NCBI GenBank assembly: GCA_028281765.1
Contig: JANQJF010000072.1
Location: 4,826-68,825 of the forward strand
Origin: Planctomycetota bacterium
GTDB taxonomy: Bacteria > Planctomycetota > UBA1135 > UBA2386
DNA: 64,000 nucleotides
Reading direction: 5' to 3'
A program made the position numbers and the translations under genes. Numbering within the stretch: the stretch's first letter is position 1; every line of letters starts with the position of its first letter. This document shows positions 12,504 through 22,709 of this stretch, in pieces. The notes under the pieces were generated by a model. That model did not search any database. It was not told where the DNA came from and saw nothing but the letters and a program-made list of their open reading frames with translations.

Positions 12504-12969
12504 CGCGCCTTCCGACGACGCCGCCGTCGCCGAACTCATCCGCGAAGTGATGACGGAGTTCGACTGCGTCGGCGAGGGGTATGCGATCGTGGATCCGGAG
12601 GTCGACGCCATGTCGCAAGCCTACCCAGGCGGGGCCGCACGTTTCTACGTCGTCGAGGACGACGAAGGCATCGCCGGCTGCGGCGGGTTCGCCCGACTCA
12701 CCGGAAGCGACGAGAGCGAGCGGATCTGCGAGCTGCGTAAGATGTACTTCCGACCACGACTGCGGGGTCGTGGCGTCGGCGGGAAGTTCCTCAGCCACCT
12801 GCTCGACGCCATGCGCGACGCGCAGTATCGCACCTGCTATCTCGAGACGACGTCTCGCATGGACGCGGCCCGCCGGGTCTACGAGAAGCACGGCTTCGCC
12901 GAGCTGTCGCGAGCGCTCGGCGACACCGGGCATTCGGCGTGCGATCGCTTCTACCAGCGCGCGCTCTGA
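12478..12969 (+). CDS. GNAT-family N-acetyltransferase
   Basis: Acetyl-CoA binding motif A (RGRGVGGKFLSHLL) and an overall GNAT length of about 160 aa. Confidence 0.75.
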   Translation: MTGPRFRDIAPSDDAAVAELIREVMTEFDCVGEGYAIVDPEVDAMSQAYPGGAARFYVVEDDEGIAGCGGFARLTGSDESERICELRKMYFRPRLRGRGVGGKFLSHLLDAMRDAQYRTCYLETTSRMDAARRVYEKHGFAELSRALGDTGHSACDRFYQRAL

Positions 12970-13108
12970 CGCGTCGGATCGGTCATCCCTGGCGGTCACG
13001 GGCGCCATGGGCCCTGACATCGAGCCTCATTGCGGCTAACATGCGGCGTGGTTCGAGTTCTCTGTCGCGGCTCATGCGTCGGGGACGAGTCGCAACCCGA
13101 GGTTCTTT

Positions 13109-13522
13109 ATGACAATGCTCAGAAAACAGGAGCTGCGCAGGCTCCTCTCGCTCCCGCACGCCGGTGCCCACCACAGTTTCGCCGGGCACGACCTGTCCAA
13201 GCTGCAGTTGCGCGGCGCGGACCTGCGTCAAGCGATCCTGCGGCGGGCCGATCTCAGCCAATCTGACCTCAGTCACGCGCGGCTCGCCAATGCCCACGCC
13301 GAACGCGCCAACCTGCAGGGTGCCAACCTGAGCAACGCCGACCTGCGTTCCGCGCATCTGCGCGGCGCGGACCTGCGCGGGGCCTACTTGCTCGGAGCCG
13401 ATCTGCGCGGTGCGGACCTGCACCTCGCGATCATCGACAGCGGCACGAACTTCCACGGCGCGATCCTCGAAGGAGCTCGAGTCGACGCCGACGTGCTCGC
13501 CGCGATCAAAGAAGCTTCTTGA
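13109..13522 (+). CDS. Pentapeptide-repeat protein
   Basis: Runs of A(D/N)L(R/S)xA(N/D)L pentapeptides (ADLRQAILRRADLSQSDLSHARLANAHAERANLQGANLSNADLRSAHLRGADLRGAYLLGADLRGADL). Confidence 0.85.
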   Translation: MTMLRKQELRRLLSLPHAGAHHSFAGHDLSKLQLRGADLRQAILRRADLSQSDLSHARLANAHAERANLQGANLSNADLRSAHLRGADLRGAYLLGADLRGADLHLAIIDSGTNFHGAILEGARVDADVLAAIKEAS

Positions 13523-14690
13523 CGCCGAAACGGTCGGCGACGATCGCCAAGAACGTGCGCACCCCCGGTTCGCACAGGTCGTCGTCGAAGTCGAAGTCCG
13601 GATGGTGACACGAGGGCGTGTCGCCCACCGGAGCACCGGCGCCGAGGAAAAAATACGCCGAGGGCTTCTCCAACGCGAAGTAGGCGAAGTCTTCCGACGC
13701 CCCCATCGGCAATCCGGCCGCGGACACGTGGCGTTCTCCGAACACCGTCTCGGCGGCACGCGCGACCCGCTCGGCGCACTCCGCGTCGTTGCGTAGCACC
13801 GGGTAGCCACGCTCCAGCTCGTAGTCGACCTCGACGTTCATCGCGGCAGCGACGCCGCGCACGACCTCCTCGAGGCGTTGCACAACGCGTGCCCGGACGA
13901 CTTCGTCGAAGGTCCGCAGCGTTCCGAGCAGGTGCGCGGTGCTCGGGATCACGTTGTGCGTCGTGCCCGATTCGAACTTGCAGACGCTGAAGACCGCCCC
14001 ACCCGTGTGACCCACGTCGCGCGACACGATCGAGTTCAACGCCGTCACGATCTGCGCGCCGGCAGCGATCGGATCACGACAGGTCTGGGGCTGGCTGCCG
14101 TGCCCACCGCGTCCACGAATCGTCAAGTCGAGAGTGTCAACCTCGGCCATCGTCGGTCCGGCGATGACGCGTAGTTCGCCTTTCGGAAATCCCGGCCAGT
14201 TGTGCAGCCCGTAGACCTCGTCGACTCCTTCGAGCACTCCCTCGGCAACCATCACGCGCGCGCCTCCGCCGCGCACGCCCTCTTCCGCTGGCTGGAACAG
14301 CAGCCGCACGTTGCCAGCGAGCGAATCGCGCACCGCCGCGAGTCGCGCCGCGACGCCACAGAGGATCGACGTGTGTCCGTCGTGACCGCACTTGTGCGCG
14401 ACGCCGTCGTGCGTCGAGCGATACGGCAGGTCGGTCGTCTCCGGCATCGGCAGCGCATCGAGGTCGGCGCGAAGCGCGATCGTCGGCCCTTCGCCCGGTC
14501 GCAAATCCGCGACGAGGCCGGTGCCCGCGGACTCACACGGCTCGTAGCCGTGCTCTTCGAGCCACGTGCGGACGACGTGCTGCGTCCGGTGCTCCTCGAA
14601 GCCGAGCTCGGGATGCCGATGGAGATCGTGGCGAAGCTCGATCAGCCGCGGCATCAAGCTCGCGAGGGACGCGGAATCGGTCGACGACAT
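13506..14690 (-). CDS. M20-family amidohydrolase (aminoacylase/hippurate-hydrolase-like)
   Basis: M20D blocks (HACGHDGH-like HKCGHDGH; LFQPAEE; HNxxF-like motifs). 394 aa. Confidence 0.8.
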   Translation of the reverse strand: MSSTDSASLASLMPRLIELRHDLHRHPELGFEEHRTQHVVRTWLEEHGYEPCESAGTGLVADLRPGEGPTIALRADLDALPMPETTDLPYRSTHDGVAHKCGHDGHTSILCGVAARLAAVRDSLAGNVRLLFQPAEEGVRGGGARVMVAEGVLEGVDEVYGLHNWPGFPKGELRVIAGPTMAEVDTLDLTIRGRGGHGSQPQTCRDPIAAGAQIVTALNSIVSRDVGHTGGAVFSVCKFESGTTHNVIPSTAHLLGTLRTFDEVVRARVVQRLEEVVRGVAAAMNVEVDYELERGYPVLRNDAECAERVARAAETVFGERHVSAAGLPMGASEDFAYFALEKPSAYFFLGAGAPVGDTPSCHHPDFDFDDDLCEPGVRTFLAIVADRFGVKKLL

Positions 14691-14748
14691 GGCGCGACCT
14701 TATCCCCACGGCGCGGGAGAAACCCGTGCCGCCGTGCATAATCACCGC

Positions 14749-15282
14749 ATGCGAACTCTGTGTATCGCGCTGCTCTTGGGCTGTATGCCGACGTTCCCCC
14801 AGGATCCCGCGCCGCGTAGGCCACGACCCGTTGACGTCTTCGCCGAACTGAACGGCGCTTGGGGCGGCACCTTCGTCGGCTACGCGGAGGACGGCAAGGA
14901 GCTCTACCGCATCGACGTGCACCAGCGGTACGAGACGGTCGACGCCAACACGCAGAAGGTCGAAGTGCGCGACACCATGGCAGACGGAACGGTGATCCGT
15001 GGCGAAGGCGAGAACACCGCGCACCGACAGGCGGACGGCACGCTCCAGCTCCGGTGCGTCGTCCGGAAATCGAACGGTGAGACGGTGCGGCACGACGGGC
15101 GCCTGGTTCGTGGCCCCGGCGGTCAGCAGCAGCTGGTTTGGTTCAGCAAGAGCGACGACCGGACCGAGACGTTCCGCGAATGGGTGATCGGTCACGGCGA
15201 CAAGGCCGAGTACCACATTCAGGGCATGGGGACGTACAGCGGGACGCCGATCCTCATGGCCGGCACCTACGCGAGGAAATAA
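14749..15282 (+). CDS. Hypothetical secreted protein or lipoprotein
   Basis: MRTLCIALLLGC signal. No recognisable domain. The ORF-track start at 14566 extends into the divergent promoter region. Confidence 0.5.
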   Translation: MRTLCIALLLGCMPTFPQDPAPRRPRPVDVFAELNGAWGGTFVGYAEDGKELYRIDVHQRYETVDANTQKVEVRDTMADGTVIRGEGENTAHRQADGTLQLRCVVRKSNGETVRHDGRLVRGPGGQQQLVWFSKSDDRTETFREWVIGHGDKAEYHIQGMGTYSGTPILMAGTYARK

Positions 15283-15378
15283 CTCGCGCGTTTCCGCGGT
15301 CTGACGTCGGCCCGGATTGCGCATCGACGACGATTCGGAGAACCTGCTCGGTGTTTCGCATGCTGCCCCGCCCTACCG

Positions 15379-17907
15379 ATGTCCTCGAGCGACGCGCCAC
15401 TCCGCGACACCGGCGCTGATCCGGAACGGATCGGTCCGTACCGGATCCTGAGCACGCTCGGCCAGGGCGGCATGGGAATCGTTTACCTCGCAGAGCAGAC
15501 GGAGCCGCTGCGACGGAACGTGGCGGTCAAGGTCATCAAGGCCGGCATGGACACCGAACAGGTGCTGCTGCGCTTCGAGGCCGAACGCCAGGCGCTCGCG
15601 CTCATGGAGCACGAGTGCATCGCAAAGGTGTTCGACGGTGGCTCGACGGCATCGGGGCGACCGTACTTCGCGATGGAGTATGTCGACGGCACGCCGCTCA
15701 CCGACTACTGCGATCGCAACTCACTCTCCGTCGACGAACGTCTGAAGCTGTTCCAACAGGTGTGCTTCGGAATCCAGCACGCGCATCAGAAGGGCGTGAT
15801 CCACCGCGACCTGACGCCGCGCAACGTGCTCGTGACGGTGCAGGGCGACCGCCCGACCCCGAAGATCATCGACTTCGGTCTCGCGCGCGCAGTCGAGCGC
15901 CGACTCGCGGAGCAGACGATCTACACCGAACAGGGGATCCTGCTCGGCACGCCGCAGTACATGTCGCCCGAGCAGGCGAGCTTCGGCGAAATCGACATCG
16001 ACACCCGCACGGACGTCTACGCGCTCGGGTGCCTGCTCTACGAACTGCTCGTCGGCGAACCGCCGTTCTCGACCGCGGACGTCATGGCCGCGGGTATCGC
16101 CGGCGTGCACCAGATGATCCGGGAGGAAGAACCATCGAAGCCCAGCACGAAGGTCTCGACGTGGTCACGCGCCGGATCGGGCTCCGCGAAGGACCGCCGC
16201 CTCGAACCGGGCGCTCTCGTCCGACGACTCCGCGGCGATCTCGACTGGATCGTGATGCGCGCCCTCGAGAAGGATCGGGACCGCCGCTACGACACTCCCA
16301 GCGCGCTGGCGGAAGACATTCAGCGTCACCTCGACGACGAGAGCGTGGTCGCCCATGCGCCGACGTTCGGCTATCGCGCTCGCAAGTTCGTCCGCCGCTA
16401 CCGCGGGCAGGTGATCGCGGGTGCCGCCCTCGTCATCACAATGCTCGTCGGACTGTTCTTCTCGCTGCACTTCGCGAGTTCGGAGCGACGGGCGCGCGAG
16501 GACGTCGAACGTCACCTCAAGCGCTTCCACTCCCTGCGCAACGTCGTGCGGCTCCGGCAGGCCAAGGCCGCCGAGATGTCGCTGCATCCCGCACACCCCT
16601 CGCGTGCTCCCGGAATGCAGTCCTGGCTCGACGAGTTCGCGCGTCCGCTCGTCGACGACCTCCCGGCGCTGCAGGAGCTGTTCGATTCACTCGCCGCGAA
16701 CACGCGCGCACGCGGCGGTGACGGCCTCGACGACGACGACCAGTTTCTCTACGAGACGTTGCTGACCCTGCTGCCCGACACGCAGAGTTTCGCGCGCGAG
16801 GTCGTCCCGCGCGTGGAGCGCCGACTCGCCTGGGCGAGACGCATTTCCTCGGCATCCGAGAACCACCCACACGCGGGCGCCAGCTGGGAATCCACGCGCG
16901 ACGCGATCCGCGCCGCCGACGGTCAGGTCGCATCCCCGCTCTACGCCGCGTCCATGGTCGACCTTATGCCGCAGACCGGGTTGGTGCCGATCGGCATGAA
17001 CCCCGCGACTCAGCTCTGGGAGTTCTACGACCTGAGAACGGCGTACGACCCCGAGCGCCACGACCGCCCACAGGACATCGAGATTCCGCGCCACGAGCCC
17101 GACGGGTCGATCCCGATGACGGCAGACCTCGGTGTCGTGTTCGTGCTCGTGCCTGGCGGCACGTCGTTCATGGGGGCGACGCCGCTACCGGACGGACCGA
17201 ACTACGACGAGATCGCACGCCCGGAGGAGGGGCCGGTGCACGCCGTGCGGCTCGCGCCATTCTTCCTCTCCCGATTCGAAATGACCCAGGCGCAGTGGAC
17301 GCGGCTCGAGGGGCGCAATCCCTCCGAGCATCCCGCCGGCATGGATACTCCGCACGGCGCCATCGATCTCACCCACCCGGTCGAGAACGTCGACTGGAAG
17401 GACTGCTTCAACGCGATGCTCAAGGCCGGCCTCGTGCTGCCGACCGAGGCGCAGTGGGAGTACGCCTGTCGCGCGTCGCGCGACACCGCGTGGTGGACCG
17501 GGGACCGAGCCGAGTCGCTGCTCGCGCAGACGCCGGCCGCGAACTTCGCGGACGCGTCCGCGAATCGTGCCGGCGTGCTCTGGGGACGGGATGCGGCCGC
17601 GAGCGCGCAGGACGGGTTCGCATACCACGCTCCGGTCGGTGCGCTGAGCGCCAACCCCTGGGGACTGCACGCGATGCACGGCAACGTCGCGGAGTGGTGC
17701 TTCGATCGCCCGTCGTCCTACCAGACCTCGATCCCCGGCCCGCTCGACGGACTGCGTACCGGGGCGATCGATCAGGACGACGAACACGCGCGCCGCGGCG
17801 GCAGCTTCATGGACGCATCGGCGGACACCCGCGCGGCCGCCCGCTCGTTCGGATTCGTGCGGCACCCCAGCACCGGCGTTCGACCGGCGCGGCCGCTCGA
17901 CTGGTGA
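15379..17907 (+). CDS. Receptor-type Ser/Thr protein kinase with one TM segment and a C-terminal formylglycine-generating-enzyme (FGE/SUMF1) domain
   Basis: Hanks kinase subdomains (GQGGMGIVY; AVK; HRDLTPRNVL; DFGLA; SPEQ). TM helix VIAGAALVITMLVGLFFSL. FGE-sulfatase blocks (WEYACRA...; GNVAEWCFD; RRGGSF). Confidence 0.85.
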   Translation: MSSSDAPLRDTGADPERIGPYRILSTLGQGGMGIVYLAEQTEPLRRNVAVKVIKAGMDTEQVLLRFEAERQALALMEHECIAKVFDGGSTASGRPYFAMEYVDGTPLTDYCDRNSLSVDERLKLFQQVCFGIQHAHQKGVIHRDLTPRNVLVTVQGDRPTPKIIDFGLARAVERRLAEQTIYTEQGILLGTPQYMSPEQASFGEIDIDTRTDVYALGCLLYELLVGEPPFSTADVMAAGIAGVHQMIREEEPSKPSTKVSTWSRAGSGSAKDRRLEPGALVRRLRGDLDWIVMRALEKDRDRRYDTPSALAEDIQRHLDDESVVAHAPTFGYRARKFVRRYRGQVIAGAALVITMLVGLFFSLHFASSERRAREDVERHLKRFHSLRNVVRLRQAKAAEMSLHPAHPSRAPGMQSWLDEFARPLVDDLPALQELFDSLAANTRARGGDGLDDDDQFLYETLLTLLPDTQSFAREVVPRVERRLAWARRISSASENHPHAGASWESTRDAIRAADGQVASPLYAASMVDLMPQTGLVPIGMNPATQLWEFYDLRTAYDPERHDRPQDIEIPRHEPDGSIPMTADLGVVFVLVPGGTSFMGATPLPDGPNYDEIARPEEGPVHAVRLAPFFLSRFEMTQAQWTRLEGRNPSEHPAGMDTPHGAIDLTHPVENVDWKDCFNAMLKAGLVLPTEAQWEYACRASRDTAWWTGDRAESLLAQTPAANFADASANRAGVLWGRDAAASAQDGFAYHAPVGALSANPWGLHAMHGNVAEWCFDRPSSYQTSIPGPLDGLRTGAIDQDDEHARRGGSFMDASADTRAAARSFGFVRHPSTGVRPARPLDW

Positions 17908-17913
17908 GCCGGG

Positions 17914-18324
17914 CTAAGGGAAGAGCGACGAGATGCGTTTCTCCAGTTCGACGCCGACTCCCTGGAACGCGGACACGCACTCCTCGTGGCTTCCGTCGAC
18001 TGCCGCGGGGTCGGGCATCGGCCAGTGCAGCCGCTCGACCCCGGGCCCCATGTCCGGGCAGAACTCCTCTTCGCAGAGCGTGATGACCGTGTCGACCTCA
18101 TCGACCGGGACGTCGGCCAGTCCCTTCGAAGAGTGCCCCCCGAGATCGATGCCGATTCGCTGCATCGCCTCGACTGCGAGGGGGTGAACCCGGGCCGGCT
18201 CGGACCCGGCGGAGAACACCTGCACGCCTTCCGGTGCCACGCGGCGCGCGATGCCTTCGGCCATCTGGCTCCGCGCCGAGTTGGCCACGCACAAGAACAG
18301 GATCCCGTTTCGTCGTTGCACCAT
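17914..18324 (-). CDS. LMW-PTP / thioredoxin-coupled arsenate reductase (ArsC) family protein
   Basis: CX5R P-loop (LCVANSARSQM) plus a second Cys pair spaced 7 apart (TLCEEEFCPD), as in Trx-coupled ArsC. I placed the start at ATG 18324 rather than the longer ORF-track start. Confidence 0.7.
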   Translation of the reverse strand: MVQRRNGILFLCVANSARSQMAEGIARRVAPEGVQVFSAGSEPARVHPLAVEAMQRIGIDLGGHSSKGLADVPVDEVDTVITLCEEEFCPDMGPGVERLHWPMPDPAAVDGSHEECVSAFQGVGVELEKRISSLFP

Positions 18325-18358
18325 TCGCGGCGACGATACGAGCCGTCTCGCCCGAAGT

Positions 18359-19795
18359 TCAACGATCTTGGGATCGGCCGGAGCCTTTGCCGTTCTGCGC
18401 CGCCCGATAGCGCGCGAGGCGCTCGCCATACCGCACGCGGGACGCAGAATCGCAGCCGTCGACGGCCTCTTCCTGCAGCCGCACCGCGGTCGCGACGTTG
18501 CCATTCTCGAACTCGGCGAGCGCGAGCGTGTCGAGCCGCCAGTACGTGCGCCATTCGTCGTCGCTCTCCATCGCGCGCGCCGCGTGCAGCGCCAGGCGAG
18601 GCAGCCGGCCACGGTACGGCTCCTCCGTGAGGAGTCGCCACGCGAAGGAGTTGAGTGCGCGCGCGTTCCCGGTCATCGACTCGACCAGAACCCGGCCGAC
18701 GCGGTCGGCGGCGACCCAGTCTTTGTAGCGCGTCGTGAGGAGATCGAGCTTCGCTCGGACCAGATCGAGATCCACCGGACGCATGCGGATCGCCAGGTCG
18801 AGCGCCGTGAGCCGCGCCTCGTCGAAGCGGCCGTCGAACCGCTTTGCGCCGAAGTGACGCGCGAGCTCGGCGAGCCGGCGCGGCATGCCTTTGCATCGCT
18901 CGACCCACGCGAACGACCATGCATTTGCTGAGTCCTCATCGCCACGCGCGACGGCGAGTTCGAATGCCAGCGCGCAGGCTTCCCGCGACGGCATACCGGT
19001 GCGTACGATGCCATGCTCGTACTCATCGAGCCAAGCGGCCTTTGCGAGCTCCGGCCGTACGCGCACCGCCGCGCCGAGCACCGGCGCCAGATACTCTGGC
19101 CGATTCGCGAGCGCGATCGCAGCCGCACGGACCCAGGACTCGTCGAGCCGGGCGCCGACGGGCAGCCCCGTGATCTGCGCGAGCCACGGTTCGATGCGGG
19201 TCGGCAAAGTCGACTGCAATCCCGCCGCCGCGTGCCGCACCGCACCCCACTCCCGAGTCTGCCTCGCGACGTCGATCGCGCGCTGCAGCTCTTCGAGCAT
19301 GCCGACGATCTGGTGGTCGACGGCGCCTTCGATCACGTCTTCGATCCAGTACTCGAGCGACGGAGTCAACGCGCGGACCGACAGTAAGCGGCCAGAGGCA
19401 TCGAGCACGACCGCGTGCGCCTCGCCGTCCTCGGGAAGGTGCGGCCCCAGACGTTCCCGAGCACGACCGGATGCGTCGACGCAGACGGCCACGCCATTCA
19501 CGCGACTCAGCAACGGCAATCGATCTTCGTCCTCGACGACGACGCCGAACTCACACCGTGCTTCGAATCGTGCGACGAGCGCGCGGAGTTCGTGGAGCGC
19601 GCGCAGCAGCGGCACGCGCTGCTCCGGCAGCCAGACGATCACGCGGGGGCTCGCGCTTTCCCGGCCAGCCGGGAACGGGGTTCGCCAACGTGGCACGATC
19701 GGCGGGTCGACGACCGCGCCGATTTCGGGTGTCTGCGCGAAGGCGAATCCGGCCGTCGCGAACACCGCGAGCCACGCCCTTGCGAGTGTCTGCAC
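18359..19795 (-). CDS. Hypothetical secreted protein (helical/TPR-like C-terminal half)
   Basis: GTG start at 19795 gives the signal peptide MQTLARAWLAVFATAGFAFA-QT. The ORF-track start at 19864 is a TTG. No confident domain assignment. Confidence 0.5.
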   Translation of the reverse strand: MQTLARAWLAVFATAGFAFAQTPEIGAVVDPPIVPRWRTPFPAGRESASPRVIVWLPEQRVPLLRALHELRALVARFEARCEFGVVVEDEDRLPLLSRVNGVAVCVDASGRARERLGPHLPEDGEAHAVVLDASGRLLSVRALTPSLEYWIEDVIEGAVDHQIVGMLEELQRAIDVARQTREWGAVRHAAAGLQSTLPTRIEPWLAQITGLPVGARLDESWVRAAAIALANRPEYLAPVLGAAVRVRPELAKAAWLDEYEHGIVRTGMPSREACALAFELAVARGDEDSANAWSFAWVERCKGMPRRLAELARHFGAKRFDGRFDEARLTALDLAIRMRPVDLDLVRAKLDLLTTRYKDWVAADRVGRVLVESMTGNARALNSFAWRLLTEEPYRGRLPRLALHAARAMESDDEWRTYWRLDTLALAEFENGNVATAVRLQEEAVDGCDSASRVRYGERLARYRAAQNGKGSGRSQDR

Positions 19796-19969
19796 GTGTT
19801 CTCCTAGTCCCGATATCGACCACGGCTGCGACGTTTCTTGCGGCTCCGTTGGAGTGAAGCGCAACTTCGGCCGGTCCGAGAGCTAGTTCGATGTGACGAC
19901 TTCCGCGGCGCCATCGGCCCGACGCGCCCCGACTCGGGGGAGACGAGCGTCCGCGTCGATCAAGCCGAT

Positions 19970-22441
19970 ATGTTGCTGCAACTCCCGACATACGGAGTGT
20001 TCGCCGATTTGCCCGGTGGCATTCTCTGGACCGTCCTCGCGCTCGCGGTGCTGACCGCCGGATTCCGCGGCGCCCCGATCTGGCTCTGGACCGCCGGCAT
20101 CGCGGCCGGCATGTGGACCCTGGGAGCCCCCACCTGGACGTGGTTCGCAGTCGTGCCACCTCTCGCGATCCTCGCCGTCCCGCCGATTCGTCGCGCAGTG
20201 CTGACGAACCGAATCTTCGCGTTCATCAACTCGGCCCAGCTGTTCCCCGTGATCTCGGAAACGGAACGGGTCGCGATCGAAGCGGGCAACGTGTGGGTCG
20301 ACGGCGAGCTGTTCTCCGGCAAGCCGAACGTGCGGCACCTGAGCAACACGCCGTACCCGGAACTCACCGAAGAGGAGCAGGCGTTCCTCGACGGGCCCGT
20401 CGCCAAGGTCTGTGAGATGACTGTCGAGTGGGACGTGCATCAACAGCGCGACCTGCCGCCGGAGGTTTGGCAGTTCCTCAAGGACGAGGGCTTCTTCGGC
20501 ATGATCATTCCGAAGCGGTTCGGCGGACTCGGGTTCTCGGCAAACGCGCACAGCGCCGTCGTGCACGCCCTGGCGTCGCGGTCGCTGCCGCTCGCGATCA
20601 CCGTCATGGTTCCGAACTCGCTCGGCCCGGCCGAGCTGCTCGTCCACGGCGGCACGCAGCAACAGAAGGACTACTACCTGCCGCGGCTCGCACGCGGGGA
20701 AGAGCTCCCGTGCTTCGCGCTGACCGAGCCGAACGCGGGCTCGGATGCCGGCGCAATCCAGGCGAACGGCGTCGTGTTCGAGGACGAAGACGGCAACGTC
20801 AAGATCCGCCTCAACTGGAACAAGCGCTACATCACGCTGGCCGCGATCTCGACGCTGCTCGGCCTCGCGTTCAAGCTCGAGGATCCGGACGAGATCCTCG
20901 GCCGCGGCAAGAAGCCGGGCATCACCTGCGCGCTGGTCCCGACGAGCCTGCCGGGTGTCGACATCACTCGACGCCACGACCCGCTCGGCATTCCGTTCTA
21001 CAACTGCCCGACGACGGGCACGAACGTCGAGGTCTCGATCGACGATGTGATCGGCGGCGAGCAGGGTGTCGGCCACGGTTGGCGGATGCTGATGGAGTGC
21101 CTCGCGGCCGGACGCGGCATCTCGCTGCCGGCGACGAGCACCGGCGGCGCCAAGATGGTCGCTCGCACGGTCGGCGCGTACGCGGCGGTTCGCAAGCAGT
21201 TCGGCCTCTCGATCGGCAAGTTCGAGGGCATCGAAGAACCGCTCGCCCGCATCGCCGGCTTCACGTACCTGATGGAAGGTGCCCGACGCTACATCGTCGG
21301 CGGGCTCGACGCCGGCTCGAAGCCGCCGGTCGTGACCGCGATGGCGAAGTACCAGTTCACCGAGCTGTACCGCCAGATCATCAACGACGGCATGGACGTC
21401 TGTGGCGGCGCGGCCATCTCGCGCGGTCCGAACAACCTGCTGTCGACCGGCTACACCGGCGCGCCCATCAGCATCACGGTGGAGGGCGCGAACATCCTGA
21501 CCCGCACGCTCATGGTGTTCGGCCAGGGCGCGATTCGCTGCCACCCGTACGCGTTCCGCGAGATCGAAGCGGCGGCGAAGGGCGACCGGGTCGCATTCGA
21601 CCACGCGTTCTGGGGCCACATCGGTCACGTCGTCCGCAACGGCTTCCGCTCGGTGCTGCTGAGCCTGACCCGCGGTCGGCTCGCAACGTCGCCGGTCGGC
21701 GGGCCGGCCGCGCCGTACTGGCGTCGCCTGGCCTGGGCCTCCGCGAGCTTCGCGCTGTTCGCCGACCTCGCGATGGCCGGTCTCGGCGGCAACCTCAAGC
21801 GCAAGGAGAAGATCACGGGTCGCTACGCGGACGTGTTCGCCTGGATGCTCCTCGCAACGACGACGCTGCGCCGGTTCGCCGCGGACGGCTGCCGCAAGGA
21901 AGACATCCCGCTGATGCAGTGGGCGTGCGAACACGCGTTCGCGCAGATGCAGATCGGCTTCCAGGGCCTCCTGCAGAACCTGCGGATGCCCGGCGCATTC
22001 CTGCTCCGCGGTCCGGTCCGCCTGTGGTCTCGCCTCAACCCGATCGGTGCGGCTCCGTCCGACTGGCTCGGCGGCAAGGTCGCGCGCACGCTCTTGGAGC
22101 CGGGCGCGCAGCGCGATGCGCTGACGGCCGGGTGTCACGTCCCGCAAGACGCGAGCGTGGGTCTCGGTCGGCTGGAGCGCGCGTTCCAGCTCTGCACCGA
22201 GGCCGAGCCGATCCAGAAGAAGATCAAGGACGCCGTGCGCGCCAAGACGATCTCGAAGGGCTCGCCGGCCCGCATGGTCGAGCAGGCTCGCGAGAAGGGC
22301 GTGATCTCCGAGTCCGAGGTCGCGGTCCTCAAGACCGCGGAGGCCGCGCGCGACGAAGCGATCCAGGTCGACTCGTTCACGCTGGACGAGTACCGCACAC
22401 GCGAAGCGTCGAGCGAAGAAGCCACGGTCTCCTCGACCTGA
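19970..22441 (+). CDS. fadE: Acyl-CoA dehydrogenase, FadE type (N-terminal membrane segment, ACAD core, C-terminal DUF1974-like extension)
   Basis: About 820 aa with hydrophobic N-terminus, ACAD blocks (FALTEPNAGSDA; catalytic region around YQFTELYRQ...GGAAISRG), and the long C-terminal tail typical of FadE. The overlapping ORFs 19883-22456(-) and 20428-22467(+) are Arg/Ala-rich artefacts. Confidence 0.85.
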   Translation: MLLQLPTYGVFADLPGGILWTVLALAVLTAGFRGAPIWLWTAGIAAGMWTLGAPTWTWFAVVPPLAILAVPPIRRAVLTNRIFAFINSAQLFPVISETERVAIEAGNVWVDGELFSGKPNVRHLSNTPYPELTEEEQAFLDGPVAKVCEMTVEWDVHQQRDLPPEVWQFLKDEGFFGMIIPKRFGGLGFSANAHSAVVHALASRSLPLAITVMVPNSLGPAELLVHGGTQQQKDYYLPRLARGEELPCFALTEPNAGSDAGAIQANGVVFEDEDGNVKIRLNWNKRYITLAAISTLLGLAFKLEDPDEILGRGKKPGITCALVPTSLPGVDITRRHDPLGIPFYNCPTTGTNVEVSIDDVIGGEQGVGHGWRMLMECLAAGRGISLPATSTGGAKMVARTVGAYAAVRKQFGLSIGKFEGIEEPLARIAGFTYLMEGARRYIVGGLDAGSKPPVVTAMAKYQFTELYRQIINDGMDVCGGAAISRGPNNLLSTGYTGAPISITVEGANILTRTLMVFGQGAIRCHPYAFREIEAAAKGDRVAFDHAFWGHIGHVVRNGFRSVLLSLTRGRLATSPVGGPAAPYWRRLAWASASFALFADLAMAGLGGNLKRKEKITGRYADVFAWMLLATTTLRRFAADGCRKEDIPLMQWACEHAFAQMQIGFQGLLQNLRMPGAFLLRGPVRLWSRLNPIGAAPSDWLGGKVARTLLEPGAQRDALTAGCHVPQDASVGLGRLERAFQLCTEAEPIQKKIKDAVRAKTISKGSPARMVEQAREKGVISESEVAVLKTAEAARDEAIQVDSFTLDEYRTREASSEEATVSST

Positions 22442-22709
22442 GGGCGAGAGCTCCACGGCAGTCGTGATCCTCTGGGACCGACAAGATCAGCCGGCCGTCT
22501 CGGCAGTCACGATGCCAGCAGATCTTCGAGCGCGTTCGTAGCCCAGGAGCTCTCGGCAGCCGTCAGTCGCCCGAGGGTCGAGTCTTGCTCTCTCGTCTCG
22601 CCAAGGGAGCTCACGCCTCTCGCGGCCCAGGCGGTAGCCACGGTGACACCGCGCCCTCGGTTCGGGGGCTGACCCGGGGGCGCGGATTCGGGAAGATACG
22701 CTCCTCGCC

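Noticed and set aside
17914-18612. Full 232-aa ORF for the ArsC/LMW-PTP gene
   Set aside because: The N-terminal 96 residues are Arg/Ser-rich and lack features. The conserved CX5R P-loop lies 8 residues after the internal ATG at 18324, which matches the family's canonical N-terminus.
19883-22456. 857-aa minus-strand ORF and 679-aa plus-strand ORF (20428-22467) overlapping fadE
   Set aside because: Their translations are Arg/Ala/Gly-rich low-complexity sequence with no motifs. The fadE frame shows clear acyl-CoA dehydrogenase blocks and high third-position GC. This is a typical high-GC frame artefact.
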